From contig CBDCWC010000003.1 in NCBI GenBank assembly GCA_965223295.1, positions 1,184,001-1,248,000 of the forward strand: a stretch of 64,000 nt of DNA, written 5' to 3'. Numbering within the stretch: the first letter of the stretch is position 1; each line of letters opens with the position of its first letter. The position numbers were made by a program, and so were the translations under genes. Source of the DNA: Nitrospirales bacterium (GTDB lineage: Bacteria > Nitrospirota > Nitrospiria > Nitrospirales > UBA8639). Below the pieces are notes generated by a model that was not told the origin of the DNA, made no database searches, and saw only the letters and a program-made list of their open reading frames with translations. Positions 1 through 14,245 of this stretch are shown one piece after another.

Positions 1-351
1 TGTGAGTGCGTGCCAGGTTTTCTCAGCACCCTCAAAACACAAGTACGCCCCTCCCAATATAAGAAGCGGAGCGATTACCCACGGTGCGAAAACATGTAGC
101 ACCACGAGCACTGGTAGAAGGATGACGAGCTTATTGAAGAGCGAGCCACCAGCGATCTTTGCAACAATTGGGATTTCACGAGCCGCTGGAAGCCCGGTCA
201 CATACTTTGGGGTAACGGCTGCATCGTCAATCACAACACCTGCCGTCTTGCTTCCGGCCTTAGCTGCCTGTGATGCCATGTCGTCGAGTTGAGCCGCCGC
301 TAGCTTTACAATCGCTGCAACGTCATCAAGTAGGGCAAGTAAGCCGCTCAT
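1..351 (-). CDS. DUF808/YedI-family inner membrane protein, 3' end beyond the window
   Basis: Manual translation from ATG 351 (not in ORF track): MSGLLALLDDVAAIVKLAAAQLDD...GVVIDDAAVTPKYV...REIPIVAKIAGGSLFNKL...GGAYLCFEGAEK, typical DUF808 N-terminus. Confidence 0.85.
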   Translation of the reverse strand, partial: MSGLLALLDDVAAIVKLAAAQLDDMASQAAKAGSKTAGVVIDDAAVTPKYVTGLPAAREIPIVAKIAGGSLFNKLVILLPVLVVLHVFAPWVIAPLLILGGAYLCFEGAEKTWHALT

Positions 352-525
352 ACTTTTTCGTTATCCCTCTGAGCTTTGATAAATTGACGGTGCTTAACCA
401 CCGATCGATCCGTAAACGGGTCTGCTCTTTTCTCCATTATAGACTGATTGTAAGCTCCCTCTGAAGGACTGGACCAAACACGGTCCGCACGGTTGGGGGA
501 ACGTTGATCATCCTCGCGACCATTG

Positions 526-646
526 GCCGGTCTGACCCTAGTCGCCGGAGACACGCCCGCTTGGTGGATAGCTACGTCTGGGGTTTGAATCCCCCTGAGG
601 TCTTTGGTACTTTGCGATTCTCTCAAAAAGGCCTTTTAAAATTTCT
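526..646. repeat. Diverged ~120-bp direct repeat, copy A (partner 1911-2030)
   Basis: Shared blocks GCCGGTC(T/A)GACCC, TTGAATCCCCC, identical GGTACTTTGCGATTCTC, TAAAATT. Confidence 0.8.
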
Positions 647-711
647 CGTCCCTCTATTCTCAATTCGATTGGCAGTCTATGCAGGGACCAACTGAGAATT
701 CTAGGCCAAAG

Positions 712-1521
712 TTAGGGCTTTTTCGGTGTTGATAGCAGCAAGGTCTTGAGCCTGGCGAACCAGCGGCCTGCCATTACAGTTTCGCCTTCGGTGTTCGGAT
801 GCACACCGTCATAGGTGTGAGCGGATGGATCGAAACCTGAGTATTGATCCACTAGATGGATTGGCGAAGCTTCCGTATACATTTCCCTCGCAAGAGTAAG
901 GAGGCCAGCGTTCATTTCTTCGATGCGTGTATTGACTCCTGGGTCTGTGGTGGGAATGATCTGTGCGATAAGAAACACACTCATGGGTTGCGATAACCTA
1001 ACTGCTTGGATAATGGCGTGCATCTCCGCTAAGGTGCTCCGCGGTGATTCGCCTTGAAACAAATCATTTGAGCCGAGATGAACGAGGAACACATCCGGCT
1101 TGTGAATCTCTGCCCATTGCTCAATACGCTGAAGAATTTCGTCCGTCCGCCAACCCCAATGTCCCTCATGGTCAGTGTCGAAATCGACGTGTGGCGGGTT
1201 GCCCCCGTGATTGGTTTGTTGGCTGCCAACAAAATCAACGTTTAAACCCACCGTTTGAAGTGCTTTCCAAAGTGGCCGACGATAGCTAGTATAAGTCGTA
1301 TCGCCGTGTGTTATTGAGTCGCCCAATGGCATTATGCGCCACGGAGACCCATGAAGACTTGTCGTCGATTTCGATGCGCCAGAAGTGTTTGCTGTTTGCT
1401 CCGTATCTTGGCAAGCCGTTGGGGTCGCAAGTAAGACGATGATAATCAAAAGCTCCGGTGCTTTGGTTTCACCAAATTGAGCCAATAGGCGAAAATAGCG
1501 CTGGATTTTCATGCTAGGCAT
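712..1521 (-). CDS. SGNH/GDSL hydrolase, possible lipoprotein (start uncertain)
   Basis: IMPLGDSIT, HLGSNDL and DGVHPN SGNH blocks; hydrophobic stretch ending LLATPTAC. Confidence 0.85.
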   Translation of the reverse strand: MPSMKIQRYFRLLAQFGETKAPELLIIIVLLATPTACQDTEQTANTSGASKSTTSLHGSPWRIMPLGDSITHGDTTYTSYRRPLWKALQTVGLNVDFVGSQQTNHGGNPPHVDFDTDHEGHWGWRTDEILQRIEQWAEIHKPDVFLVHLGSNDLFQGESPRSTLAEMHAIIQAVRLSQPMSVFLIAQIIPTTDPGVNTRIEEMNAGLLTLAREMYTEASPIHLVDQYSGFDPSAHTYDGVHPNTEGETVMAGRWFARLKTLLLSTPKKP

Positions 1522-1910
1522 AGTATCAACTCGCCATTGAACACTGAAGCGTCGCGCACATTCACGGATCATTTCTGTTCTCCCGCAAGACATTTGTGGT
1601 CCGTGAGTGTACCTATCGGTTAGCACCATATTCGTGAGACGAAAATGCTTCTTAGGACCTGAAGGACATCTCACTGGAATATTCAAGGTTCAGCAAGATG
1701 AGGCTATCGCAGTGGCCCTACCCATCTCGTCAGGACCCTGCAGGGATTCCTGCAACGCCAGACGGCCCGTGCCTTACCAAAAGCTTTAGCCCGCATCGCC
1801 GCGTTCTCACAAGCACCTAACCTCTCCACCAAATTCCGATTCAGTTCCTGGAGCTGATAGATCCGTGTGCCCAGTTCCCCAACCCACATCCCATAATGGA
1901 GGAACAAGCC

Positions 1911-2030
1911 GCCGGTCAGACCCCACTCACAAGAGATACGCTCGCCCGTCGGACAGCGAGGTATAGGGATTGAATCCCCCGAGGCCTTGGGTACTTTGCG
2001 ATTCTCGCAAAACAGCCCTCTAAAATTCCT
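1911..2030. repeat. Diverged ~120-bp direct repeat, copy B
   Basis: Aligns to 526-646; contains TTGCGA-TTC-TCGCAA inverted repeat. Confidence 0.8.
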
Positions 2031-2079
2031 ACTCCACCTACAAGTTGTAGATGAATAGACTGGTCCGATTCGCTATACT

Positions 2080-2565
2080 GTGATGATCATGAGTGAATTC
2101 GAGTCGTTTCAGTCTGTTCTTAAAAATGTGTCGAAGGGCAGTGCTCTGTCGTTGAAACTGGCTGAAGCCCGTTTACAGCAAGAATGGGAGGGACTGGTCG
2201 GTCAAACGATTGCCAAGCATTCGTACCCCGAGTCTATCCGATACAAGAAGTTGTATTTGACAGCGGATAATTCAATTTGGCTTCAGCAATTGGTGTTTTT
2301 GAAGGCAACAATTCTGGAGGCGATCCATTCGATCCTACCTGATCTTGAGCTGACCGACATTATTCTTCGAATCGGTTCAATACCGGAAAGAACTCATACT
2401 CCTCCCTCAACTCCTCAACCCGCTTCTGCTTCGCCTGTACTACCTTCACCTTTTGCTACGGCCTTAACTGAGCAATTGAACGACCCTGATTTGCAAGCGT
2501 TACTGGCTCAAACCATTACCAAATCCCTTTTGCAATCAGCTCCTCCTACGCCTGAGAAGACTTAG
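2080..2565 (+). CDS. dciA: DUF721/DciA-family protein (helicase loader)
   Basis: LQQEWEGLVGQTIAKHSYP...LYLTADNSIWLQQL pattern; next to the gyr-dnaN-dnaA cluster. Confidence 0.7.
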   Translation: MMIMSEFESFQSVLKNVSKGSALSLKLAEARLQQEWEGLVGQTIAKHSYPESIRYKKLYLTADNSIWLQQLVFLKATILEAIHSILPDLELTDIILRIGSIPERTHTPPSTPQPASASPVLPSPFATALTEQLNDPDLQALLAQTITKSLLQSAPPTPEKT

Positions 2566-2578
2566 GCCCTAGCTCGTA

Positions 2579-3130
2579 TTACCAAGATTCTTCAAAAACC
2601 CACTGCATCGTTAACGTGCGGTCTGTTGATTGGCTTCGGTTCCATGGACCGATCCACCCGGCTTGGCCTGCCTCGTCCGCACGATACCCCCCTCGCACAC
2701 TGGCTTCAAACTGCTGGCGAAAGTCTTCAATTTCTGGTGTTCGTAATTCTTTGGTTTCGCTTCCTATGTATCGCTGAAACGTATCCGGCTCCGTCCATGA
2801 AGGATCTGAAAAGATGATGATGTGAATTGTTTGATAGCGCTCTCGTGAATTCTTCGGTGTGGTAGGCCGAATTTTCATTGAGGCAAAATCGCGGGTGGTC
2901 CGTCCAACGTTGCCAAATCGCTTGATTAAGCTTTCTAGTTCGGGATCACTTGTCCAGGAAGGTACATGCAGGGCCACCAAGGTTCCTGCTTGGGCGCCAA
3001 GGCTATAGGGAGGAATGGTGCGATCTGGGCGGGAAAGATACATCCCGAACGCTATAAGACAAAAGCCTCCAAGCAAGATGCCTAAACATATTTTGACAAT
3101 AGGGTCTAACCCTTTTTTCTTCGACTTCAT
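2579..3130 (-). CDS. Hypothetical membrane-anchored protein
   Basis: 183-aa ORF with basic N-terminus and one TM helix, co-oriented downstream of gyrA. Confidence 0.7.
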   Translation of the reverse strand: MKSKKKGLDPIVKICLGILLGGFCLIAFGMYLSRPDRTIPPYSLGAQAGTLVALHVPSWTSDPELESLIKRFGNVGRTTRDFASMKIRPTTPKNSRERYQTIHIIIFSDPSWTEPDTFQRYIGSETKELRTPEIEDFRQQFEASVRGGYRADEAGQAGWIGPWNRSQSTDRTLTMQWVFEESW

Positions 3131-3252
3131 GTGGCCATTGTAACATGGAGGGATGACTCCCCTAGAGCATGGAAAAAGTTTGCCAGCGGCGTTTTCAAGC
3201 CTTTGTCGTACTCAAGGACTAAAGCACGCTCTGCGTACCACTTGCCCTACGG

Positions 3253-5757
3253 CTAGGCACTTATCTCGGGGTCGGGCTCAGAAGATTCCAAATGATCTTC
3301 CCCAGACGCTTCAGACGGATCCTCTCCGTCAGGTTCAGCCAACTTCGCCACGCCGACCAGACGATCATCATCTGGCAAATCCATGACCCGCACGCCTTGA
3401 GCATTGCGCCCAATTTCACGAATATCTGTCATCCGTGCCCGAAGAATCATGCCTTCAGCCGACATAAGCATGACTTCATCCACATCCCACACTTGATGAA
3501 AGGAAATGGCCGGTCCATTTTTATCTGTCACTTTGACACTAATGACACCCTTGCCTGCTCGAGATTGCGTCCGGTATTCCTCGACCTGCGTTCGTTTCCC
3601 GTACCCTCGTTCAGTTACGGTTAAAATGGAAGACTGCGATTCACTGGTGATCGTGACCATGCCAATCACCGCATTTTCCTCGTCTAATGCAATACCGCGC
3701 ACACCACGCGCCGTTCGACCAACAGGTCTCACATCACTCTCCCGGAACCGAATGACAATTCCCAAACGCGTGCCCAGGAGAATATCGCGTGTCCCGTCGG
3801 TGATATCGACACCAAGAAGCCGGTCGCCTTCCTCCAAAGTCAATGCGATGATACCTCCTTGCCGCGGATGACTAAACGCAGACAGGTCAGTTTTTTTGAT
3901 ATATCCCTTTTGCGTGGCCATTACTACATAGTGATCATCGCTAAATTCCCGAACCGGTAAGGTCGCCGTGACGCGTTCACCTTGATTTAAGGCTAAGACA
4001 TTGACAATGGCTTTCCCTTTACTCGCACGTCCTACATCCGGCAACTGATACACCTTGAGCCAATACACCCGGCCGGCATCGGTGAAAAATAGAAGGTAAT
4101 CATGCGTGGATGCAGTGAAAATTTGTTCAACGAAATCCTCTTCTTTGACTCCCATTCCGACTTTGCCTTTACCTCCCCGATGTTGGGCACGGTAAATGGA
4201 GACCGCATTTCGTTTGATATAGCCGGCATGAGTAATGGTCACGACAACTTCTTCTTCGGCTATCAAATCCTCCATTTGCAATTCGGCTTCAACGGGAACG
4301 ATTTCAGTTCTTCGATCATCAGTAAATTGTTCTTTAACTTCCTGAATCTCTTCTTTCACGATAGTCCGGACCATTTCCTCAGATCCCAACACCGTGCGTA
4401 AGTGTGCGATGCGAGTGACCAATTCACTATACTCCTGCGCCAGCTTGTCCTGTTCCAATTGCGTGAGTCGTTGCAGCCGCATATCCAAAATCGCGTTAGC
4501 TTGGATTTCACTTAATTCAAATTGATCCATGAGGCCATGCCGGGCCGTCTCGGGAGACGAGGCCCCACGAATGAGCGCAATCACTGCATCAAGTGATTCC
4601 AGCGCCCGCTTCAACCCTTCTAAGATATGCGCCCGTTCTTCCGCTTTTCGTAGATCGTAAGCGGTGCGACGGATCACCACTTCCTTACGATGCTCAATAA
4701 AGGCTTCAAGGATCTGCTTCAGGTTCAGCACCATCGGCCGATTCTGGACCAACGCCAACATAATCACCCCGAAGGTGGTCTGCATATTGGTTTGTTTATA
4801 CAACTGATTCAAAATAACCGTCGGGTTTTCGTTGCGTTTTAGCTCAATAACTATCCGCAATCCATCGCGATCGGATTCGTCCCGTAGGTCAGATATCCCT
4901 TCAATTCGTTTCTCATGAATCAGATCCGCAATTTTTTCAATGAGCTTGGCTTTATTGACCTGAAAGGGCAGCTGCGACACGATAATTTGTCCGCGGTCGG
5001 TCCGTTCATCAACTTCGATTTCCGCTTTGGCACGAAGCGTTAACAGACCTCGGCCGGTTTCATACGCGTCTTTGATCCCTTGTGTCCCGTAGATGTATCC
5101 GGCAGTAGGGAAATCCGGTCCAGGAATACATTCCATCAATTCTCGAATGGTCGACTCGGGACGCTCGAGTAAGGAAATTAAACCTGCCGTCACTTCTCCT
5201 AAATTATGGGTCGGAATGTTCGTGGCATACCCAACTGCAATACCCCCTGCACCATTCACCAACAGGTTAGGAATGCGGGCCGGTAGGACGACGGGTTCTT
5301 CTGACGATTCATCATAGGTGGGAGCGAAATCCACCGTCTCCCGATCAATATCTACCAGCATTTCTTCAGCCAGTTTCGTCAACCGGGCTTCTGTGTAGCG
5401 CATAGCCGCGGGCGGATCGCCATCCACTGACCCATAATTGCCCTGGCCGTCTACCAGGGGATAGCGCATGTTGAAATCTTGCGCCATACGGACAAGCGTA
5501 TCGTAAATAGCTGAATCACCATGGGGGTGATAGTTCCCCATGATTTCGCCTACAATTTTTGCAGATTTTCGATAGGGTCGGGCCGCCCCCAACCCCATCT
5601 CATTCATGCCATAGAGAATACGTCGATGGACGGGTTTAAGCCCATCCCGCACATCCGGCAAGGCGCGACCCACGATAACACTCATCGCGTAGTCCAAATA
5701 GGACAAGCGCATCTCATCTTCTATCGCGATTTGTGTGAGGCGTTCTTCAGGGGGCAT
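3253..5757 (-). CDS. gyrA: DNA gyrase subunit A
   Basis: [17 protein letters not shown], GyrA-box QHRGGKG. Confidence 0.98.
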   Translation of the reverse strand: MPPEERLTQIAIEDEMRLSYLDYAMSVIVGRALPDVRDGLKPVHRRILYGMNEMGLGAARPYRKSAKIVGEIMGNYHPHGDSAIYDTLVRMAQDFNMRYPLVDGQGNYGSVDGDPPAAMRYTEARLTKLAEEMLVDIDRETVDFAPTYDESSEEPVVLPARIPNLLVNGAGGIAVGYATNIPTHNLGEVTAGLISLLERPESTIRELMECIPGPDFPTAGYIYGTQGIKDAYETGRGLLTLRAKAEIEVDERTDRGQIIVSQLPFQVNKAKLIEKIADLIHEKRIEGISDLRDESDRDGLRIVIELKRNENPTVILNQLYKQTNMQTTFGVIMLALVQNRPMVLNLKQILEAFIEHRKEVVIRRTAYDLRKAEERAHILEGLKRALESLDAVIALIRGASSPETARHGLMDQFELSEIQANAILDMRLQRLTQLEQDKLAQEYSELVTRIAHLRTVLGSEEMVRTIVKEEIQEVKEQFTDDRRTEIVPVEAELQMEDLIAEEEVVVTITHAGYIKRNAVSIYRAQHRGGKGKVGMGVKEEDFVEQIFTASTHDYLLFFTDAGRVYWLKVYQLPDVGRASKGKAIVNVLALNQGERVTATLPVREFSDDHYVVMATQKGYIKKTDLSAFSHPRQGGIIALTLEEGDRLLGVDITDGTRDILLGTRLGIVIRFRESDVRPVGRTARGVRGIALDEENAVIGMVTITSESQSSILTVTERGYGKRTQVEEYRTQSRAGKGVISVKVTDKNGPAISFHQVWDVDEVMLMSAEGMILRARMTDIREIGRNAQGVRVMDLPDDDRLVGVAKLAEPDGEDPSEASGEDHLESSEPDPEISA

Positions 5758-5856
5758 AGGTTAAGTAGACGTTAGAAGTGAAAAGTGAGTCGTAAAAAAC
5801 TCAGTGTTAAGTGTTTGTGTGCTTTATCGACTTCAATAGATGTATGAAGTTTCCCT

Positions 5857-9541
<3,685 letters not shown>

Positions 9542-9564
9542 AAGTGTTTTCTATGGGGGCGTTT

Positions 9565-10929
9565 TTACGCTTTGCCAATTTCTTCTTTGAGACTTTCCAA
9601 TGTCGACCGAAGAGTCGCATCCGTTTCCTGATTTTTTTTCATTTGTTTGCAGGCATGGATAATCGTTGTATGATCTTTTCCACCAAAATCTCGCCCAATT
9701 TCTGGAAAAGACGAATCGGTTAAATCCCGACAGAGAAACATCGCGATTTGTCGGGGGTAGACTAACGTCTTCGTTCGTCGCTTAGATTTGAGGTCGGCGA
9801 TCTTAACATGAAAGCGGCTGGCGACAGCTTCTTGAATGTCTTCGATCGTGATGACCTTTCGTTTTCCTCCAAGAAGATCGCGAAGAATATTTTTGGCCAT
9901 ATCCACCGTGATCTGTTGACCTGTCAGTGAGGCATAGGCTCCTAGACGGATAAGGGCTCCCTCGATTTCGCGAATATTACTCTTGAGATTCGCGGCTAAA
10001 AGCTGAATGACATCTTCACTAATTGAAATCCCCTCTTCCTCAGATTTTTTTCGAAGAATGGCAATCCGAGTTTCGACGTCAGGTTGCTGGAGATCTGCAA
10101 TCAGCCCCCATTCAAAGCGAGAGCGAAGGCGCTCTTCCATCGATGGCATTTCTTTGGGAAACCGATCACTGGAAAGAACAATCTGTTTTCTGGCTTCGTA
10201 CAGGGAATTAAACGTATGGAAGAATTCCTCTTGCGTTCGTTCTTTTCCGGCCAAAAATTGAATGTCATCTATCAGAAGCATATCCACATTCCGATAGCGT
10301 CTTCGCAATTCCATCATCTTGTCATAACGAATAGAATTAATGACTTCATTGGTAAACTGTTCTGTCGTGACATACGCAATTCGCAAATCCGTTCTATCCG
10401 CGACATAATTTCCAATGGAATTCAAAAGATGGGTTTTTCCAAGTCCAACTCCCCCATAGATAAATAATGGGTTGTAGGCTTTAGCAGGAGACTCAGCAAC
10501 AGCCAGACAAGCGGCATGGGCAAATTGATTACTGGCTCCCACAACAAACGTTTCAAATGTATATTTAGGGTTAGGGAGAGGTTGACGCCTTGCCTTTTGA
10601 GCTTGCAGTGGCCGATGACTCTCTTTATTCCCAGAAACAACTGTTTGGGTCGTAACTTTTCCGCTTTCCTCTTTCAGGACAAAAATGACATCGATCGGAC
10701 TAATATCTCCAGCCTGTTGAAACGCTTCAATTAGTAGCTCTTTGTAATTTCTTCCTAACCACTCTCCAAAAAACTTATTTGGCACTCGAATAGAGGCATG
10801 ATCCTTCGTAATATTTTCCAGCTCCAGAGGCTGAAACCAGGTATCCATTGCTTCATCGCCAACTTTTGGACTAATAAATTCTAAAACATCAACCCATGTC
10901 TTATTGATGTTTATATTAGAATTATTCAT
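9565..10929 (-). CDS. dnaA: Chromosomal replication initiator DnaA
   Basis: YNPLFIYGGVGLGKTHL, LLIDDIQF, GGKDHTT. Start set at ATG 10929 because the GTG 10950 extension consists of DnaA boxes. Confidence 0.97.
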   Translation of the reverse strand: MNNSNININKTWVDVLEFISPKVGDEAMDTWFQPLELENITKDHASIRVPNKFFGEWLGRNYKELLIEAFQQAGDISPIDVIFVLKEESGKVTTQTVVSGNKESHRPLQAQKARRQPLPNPKYTFETFVVGASNQFAHAACLAVAESPAKAYNPLFIYGGVGLGKTHLLNSIGNYVADRTDLRIAYVTTEQFTNEVINSIRYDKMMELRRRYRNVDMLLIDDIQFLAGKERTQEEFFHTFNSLYEARKQIVLSSDRFPKEMPSMEERLRSRFEWGLIADLQQPDVETRIAILRKKSEEEGISISEDVIQLLAANLKSNIREIEGALIRLGAYASLTGQQITVDMAKNILRDLLGGKRKVITIEDIQEAVASRFHVKIADLKSKRRTKTLVYPRQIAMFLCRDLTDSSFPEIGRDFGGKDHTTIIHACKQMKKNQETDATLRSTLESLKEEIGKA

Positions 10930-11200
10930 CTTATCAACAGATTTATTCACAATTGTTAATAAATTTACAGTGACATAGAGGATGAATGTATTCTGGGAAA
11001 ATATCCCCCTATCTTATCCACAGCCAGACCAAGGCCCATACAAATTTCTATACACAACTTTTCCTCGTTTTTTATTTTTCCAGAGAAGAATACAACACTT
11101 CGCTCATCACTAGATATCTATTCATCGACAAACCCTAATCCACACAATTCCCAAGACCTACTAAGACTACTACGCCTATTTCTTTATTTCTCTACAAGAA
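10930..11200. other. oriC: DnaA-box cluster, DnaA-trios and AT-rich tract
   Basis: TTATCAACA 10931, TTATTCACA 10943, TTATCCACA 11014, CTATACACA 11048, TAATCCACA 11136, then GACC-TAC-TAA-GAC-TAC-TAC and a T-rich run. Confidence 0.85.
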
Positions 11201-11212
11201 AAGAAGTAAGGA

Positions 11213-11470
11213 CTAAATGACCACAGACAAATCATGGGAAAAAATCTCTTCTAAAAATCCTTGATAGGAAAGAGTTTCTTGAAGATTATCATTTGCTTTC
11301 TTGGTCTCATTTAAGTGCCATATTTGAGAAACTGTGACATTCTCCAAGTTCTGATTTTGATGAAGCAATAATAGAGAAATAGCTTGTGGAGCCTGGTCAC
11401 TCTTAGCTTCAGGCGTATAAATATCCCAGTTTTTAATAGGTTTCGTACAAATGTAGAAGATCTTCTTCAT
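11213..11470 (-). CDS. Small protein, possibly DsrH/TusB-like
   Basis: C-terminal LSYQGFLEEIFSHDLSVVI resembles DsrH ends; follows a DsrE/F-like gene. Confidence 0.45.
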   Translation of the reverse strand: MKKIFYICTKPIKNWDIYTPEAKSDQAPQAISLLLLHQNQNLENVTVSQIWHLNETKKANDNLQETLSYQGFLEEIFSHDLSVVI

Positions 11471-11485
11471 AGGGCAATCAGGCTT

Positions 11486-11836
11486 TTAAAAGGCCAGTAC
11501 ACGGTCAGCATGTTCAAGGCATGTGGCTATTTGTGAAGAGGATGATTCTTGAATGGTAAATTCATCATCAATGGCCAAGGAATTCCTGCTGCCGGTTGGA
11601 AGAATAATGGGAATTTCTAGATTTTTAATGACAGGCAAATGTTTTTCGAGAACTTCTCCGTCTGGTAAATCATAGGCATCTTCAGTGATTAACTGTCTAG
11701 CATTATTCAGAAGAATAATGCTGATTGGATTGGGACCAGTTGAGAGCCCTAAGGCAATTCGTAGGGCTTCGGCAGCCCGATGCGATTCTTTGGGGTCTTC
11801 ACGAATAAGAACAACCAGCTGTTTGGACATATACAA
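11486..11836 (-). CDS. DsrE/DsrF-like protein
   Basis: LVVLIREDP...RAAEALRIALGL and C-terminal ADRVLAF pattern. Confidence 0.65.
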   Translation of the reverse strand: MYMSKQLVVLIREDPKESHRAAEALRIALGLSTGPNPISIILLNNARQLITEDAYDLPDGEVLEKHLPVIKNLEIPIILPTGSRNSLAIDDEFTIQESSSSQIATCLEHADRVLAF

Positions 11837-12017
11837 TAACTAACTTAGGTCAAATACGTAAAATACCCCTATTTTTTTACTAAATTGACTGTCGAGAATA
11901 AGGGTAATTTATAAACGGAGAGATTCTCGTTTCCTATTGAAAAATAAGAAAAAACCCTAGCATTGGATGAAAAAAATGTCAAGAAAAAATCAGGTAAAAT
12001 TCCAATCAGAAAGAGCT

Positions 12018-13265
12018 TTAAAGAATCTTCTGAATTCTTTGGAGAATTTCGTTGATTTGAATGATTTCTTGATCTTTCGTTTGCATGTTTCGGAGAATCA
12101 CTTTCTCTGAACTGGCTTCATCGTCTCCGAGAATGATGGAGAAGTCTGCCCCCAGCTTATCAGCTGAGCGCAGCAGGGCTTTAAGAGTTTTTCCTTTATG
12201 ATCGGTATCAGCCCGAACGCCACCTTGTCGAAGGTCATGGAGGAGTGTAAAGGCTGCTGGTTTTCCAATTTCTCCAAATCCAGCGACAAAATAAAGAGGC
12301 GTTGACTTGCCGACTGTGTTTTCTGAGAGGAGCAATGAGACGCGTTCTAATCCAACAGCAAATCCGATAGCTGGTGTTGGTGGGCCGTGTAAGGTTTGGA
12401 AGAGACCATCGTAACGTCCTCCAGCTCCGATGGTACTTTGTGCTCCCAAATGCGGAGAAGAAATTTCGAATGTGGTTCGAGAATAATAATCAAGTCCTCT
12501 GACAAGGCGATGGTTGATAGTAAATTGAATTTTAAGAGCGGTGAGCCCATCGAGCACCGCTTGAAAGTGCCTGCTTGAGATATCTGAGAGATAATTGATT
12601 AAGCGAGGCGCTGCTTCGATAGTCTGTTGGCATATTGGAACTTTGCAATCTAAAATTCGAAGCGGGTTGGTTGCATAGCGCCGCTGGCAGTTTCCACAAA
12701 GATTGGTCAACTGAGGTAACAGAAATTCTTTTAATGTTTCAATGTAAGCTGTTCGATCGGGAATTGTTCCGATGGAATTAATGTGAAGGGTTAAATCCTC
12801 TAAACCCAAGGATGAGAAAAAATGCCATAGCAATGAAATCACTTCTGCGTCTAAGAGAGGATCGTCTATTCCGAGGGCTTCGACTCCAAATTGGTGAAAC
12901 TGCCGATAGCGTCCTGCCTGTGGTCGTTCATGACGAAACATGGGGCCGACATAAAATAACTTTCGGGTCGTGGGAGAATCCAAGAGTTTATGTTCAAGAA
13001 CGGCTCTGACCACGCCTGCCGTACCTTCTGGGCGCAAAGTTAGCGAGCTACCGTCGCGGTCAGGGAACGTATACATTTCCTTTTCGACGATATCAGTGGT
13101 TCCTCCAATACTTCTGGCATACAGTTCGGTAAACTCGAAAATTGGAATTCGAATTTCAGAGAACCCATATTGGGAGGCTAATGTCCGTGCGACTGTCTCA
13201 ATATACTGCCATTGAGGCACCTGTTGAGGGAGTATATCCTTAAGCCCTTTGACGGATCGTAACAC
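12018..13265 (-). CDS. hisS: Histidine--tRNA ligase
   Basis: LRPEGTA, FRHERPQAGRYRQFHQ, RGLDYY, GGRYDGL. Confidence 0.98.
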   Translation of the reverse strand: MLRSVKGLKDILPQQVPQWQYIETVARTLASQYGFSEIRIPIFEFTELYARSIGGTTDIVEKEMYTFPDRDGSSLTLRPEGTAGVVRAVLEHKLLDSPTTRKLFYVGPMFRHERPQAGRYRQFHQFGVEALGIDDPLLDAEVISLLWHFFSSLGLEDLTLHINSIGTIPDRTAYIETLKEFLLPQLTNLCGNCQRRYATNPLRILDCKVPICQQTIEAAPRLINYLSDISSRHFQAVLDGLTALKIQFTINHRLVRGLDYYSRTTFEISSPHLGAQSTIGAGGRYDGLFQTLHGPPTPAIGFAVGLERVSLLLSENTVGKSTPLYFVAGFGEIGKPAAFTLLHDLRQGGVRADTDHKGKTLKALLRSADKLGADFSIILGDDEASSEKVILRNMQTKDQEIIQINEILQRIQKIL

Positions 13266-13388
13266 GACTATTCCTATTCTTTTTTAAGGGAAAATAGCCA
13301 GAAAACCAAATTCGACTATATCGTTACACCCCTAACCAGTCAACGAAAGTATTCAAAGGAATTTGAATGACGGGGTCAGAAAATACGT

Positions 13389-13417
13389 TTGACTCTCATC
13401 CCATTCACCCATAGAAT
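13389..13417 (+). promoter_or_regulatory. Sigma70 promoter of the rpmH operon
   Basis: TTGACT-17 bp-TAGAAT upstream of the AAGGAG RBS. Confidence 0.7.
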
Positions 13418-13457
13418 GTTGGGGTCATAAGAACATGCTCCAAAGGAGAACCGTATC

Positions 13458-13604
13458 ATGTCATTTACGTCGCGAAAACCGTCAAATTTAAAGAGAAAAC
13501 GAGACCATGGCTTTCGGAAACGGATGAGTACGAAGAATGGGCGAAAGGTTTTGGCTCGACGTCGGAAAAAAGGAAGAGCTAAGTTGACTGTTTCTGATGA
13601 GTAG
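13458..13604 (+). CDS. rpmH: 50S ribosomal protein L34
   Basis: Manual translation [48 protein letters not shown] (48 aa, below ORF cutoff). Confidence 0.97.
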   Translation: MSFTSRKPSNLKRKRDHGFRKRMSTKNGRKVLARRRKKGRAKLTVSDE

Positions 13605-13962
13605 TGTGTGGGAGGGGCCTCAGTTTTTCTTAAAAAAGAAACATGAGTATAATGGGGTAAAGGCGACGGGTTCCGTCGCTCGGAATCCCTTTTTTACGAT
13701 TATTCATAGTCAAGTTCCCAAAGAGGAAAGTCCTCGTGTTGGAGTCGTGGTTGGACGTCGGGTAGGCAACGCTGTCACGAGGAATAAACTGAAACGAATC
13801 ACGCGAGAACTGGTTAGAGCTTCTCATTCTCATATGGCCTTCGGCCATCACTGTATCGCTTATCCCAAGACCACAATCCTTCGTTCCAAGTTTCAGGACG
13901 TGGAGATCGCTTGGACTCAGATGTTGAAAAAGATTGGCATGATCCAATCGATAAGGCTGTAA
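13597..13962 (+). CDS. rnpA: RNase P protein component
   Basis: [21 protein letters not shown] motif; synteny. Confidence 0.93.
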   Translation: MSSVWEGPQFFLKKKHEYNGVKATGSVARNPFFTIIHSQVPKEESPRVGVVVGRRVGNAVTRNKLKRITRELVRASHSHMAFGHHCIAYPKTTILRSKFQDVEIAWTQMLKKIGMIQSIRL

Positions 13963-14171
13963 TGACTTGGATTTTGATAAAATTCATTAAGGTCTACCAA
14001 TATGGGATTTCCCCATTTGTTGGCACCTGTTGCCGCTTTGAACCAACTTGCTCGCAGTATACATTGCAAGCAATTGAGAAACATGGGTCCTTCAAGGGAC
14101 TGTGGTTAGGAATGAATCGTCTGCTCAAATGTCATCCCTTCCATTCAGGGGGATTGGATCCAGTTCCCTGA
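13962..14171 (+). CDS. yidD: Membrane protein insertion efficiency factor
   Basis: CRFEPTCSQY, KCHPFHSGGLDPVP; TAATG overlap with rnpA. Confidence 0.93.
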   Translation: MTWILIKFIKVYQYGISPFVGTCCRFEPTCSQYTLQAIEKHGSFKGLWLGMNRLLKCHPFHSGGLDPVP

Positions 14172-14245
14172 TTTCAACGCCTTAACCCCCAATTCAACAA
14201 GACCTGACTTGCCACCAGTGCGTATGAGACTCCAGAACTAACGAG

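Noticed and set aside
10930-10950. DnaA N-terminal extension MNKSVDK from GTG 10950
   Set aside because: The sequence is two DnaA boxes; ATG 10929 is the more plausible start
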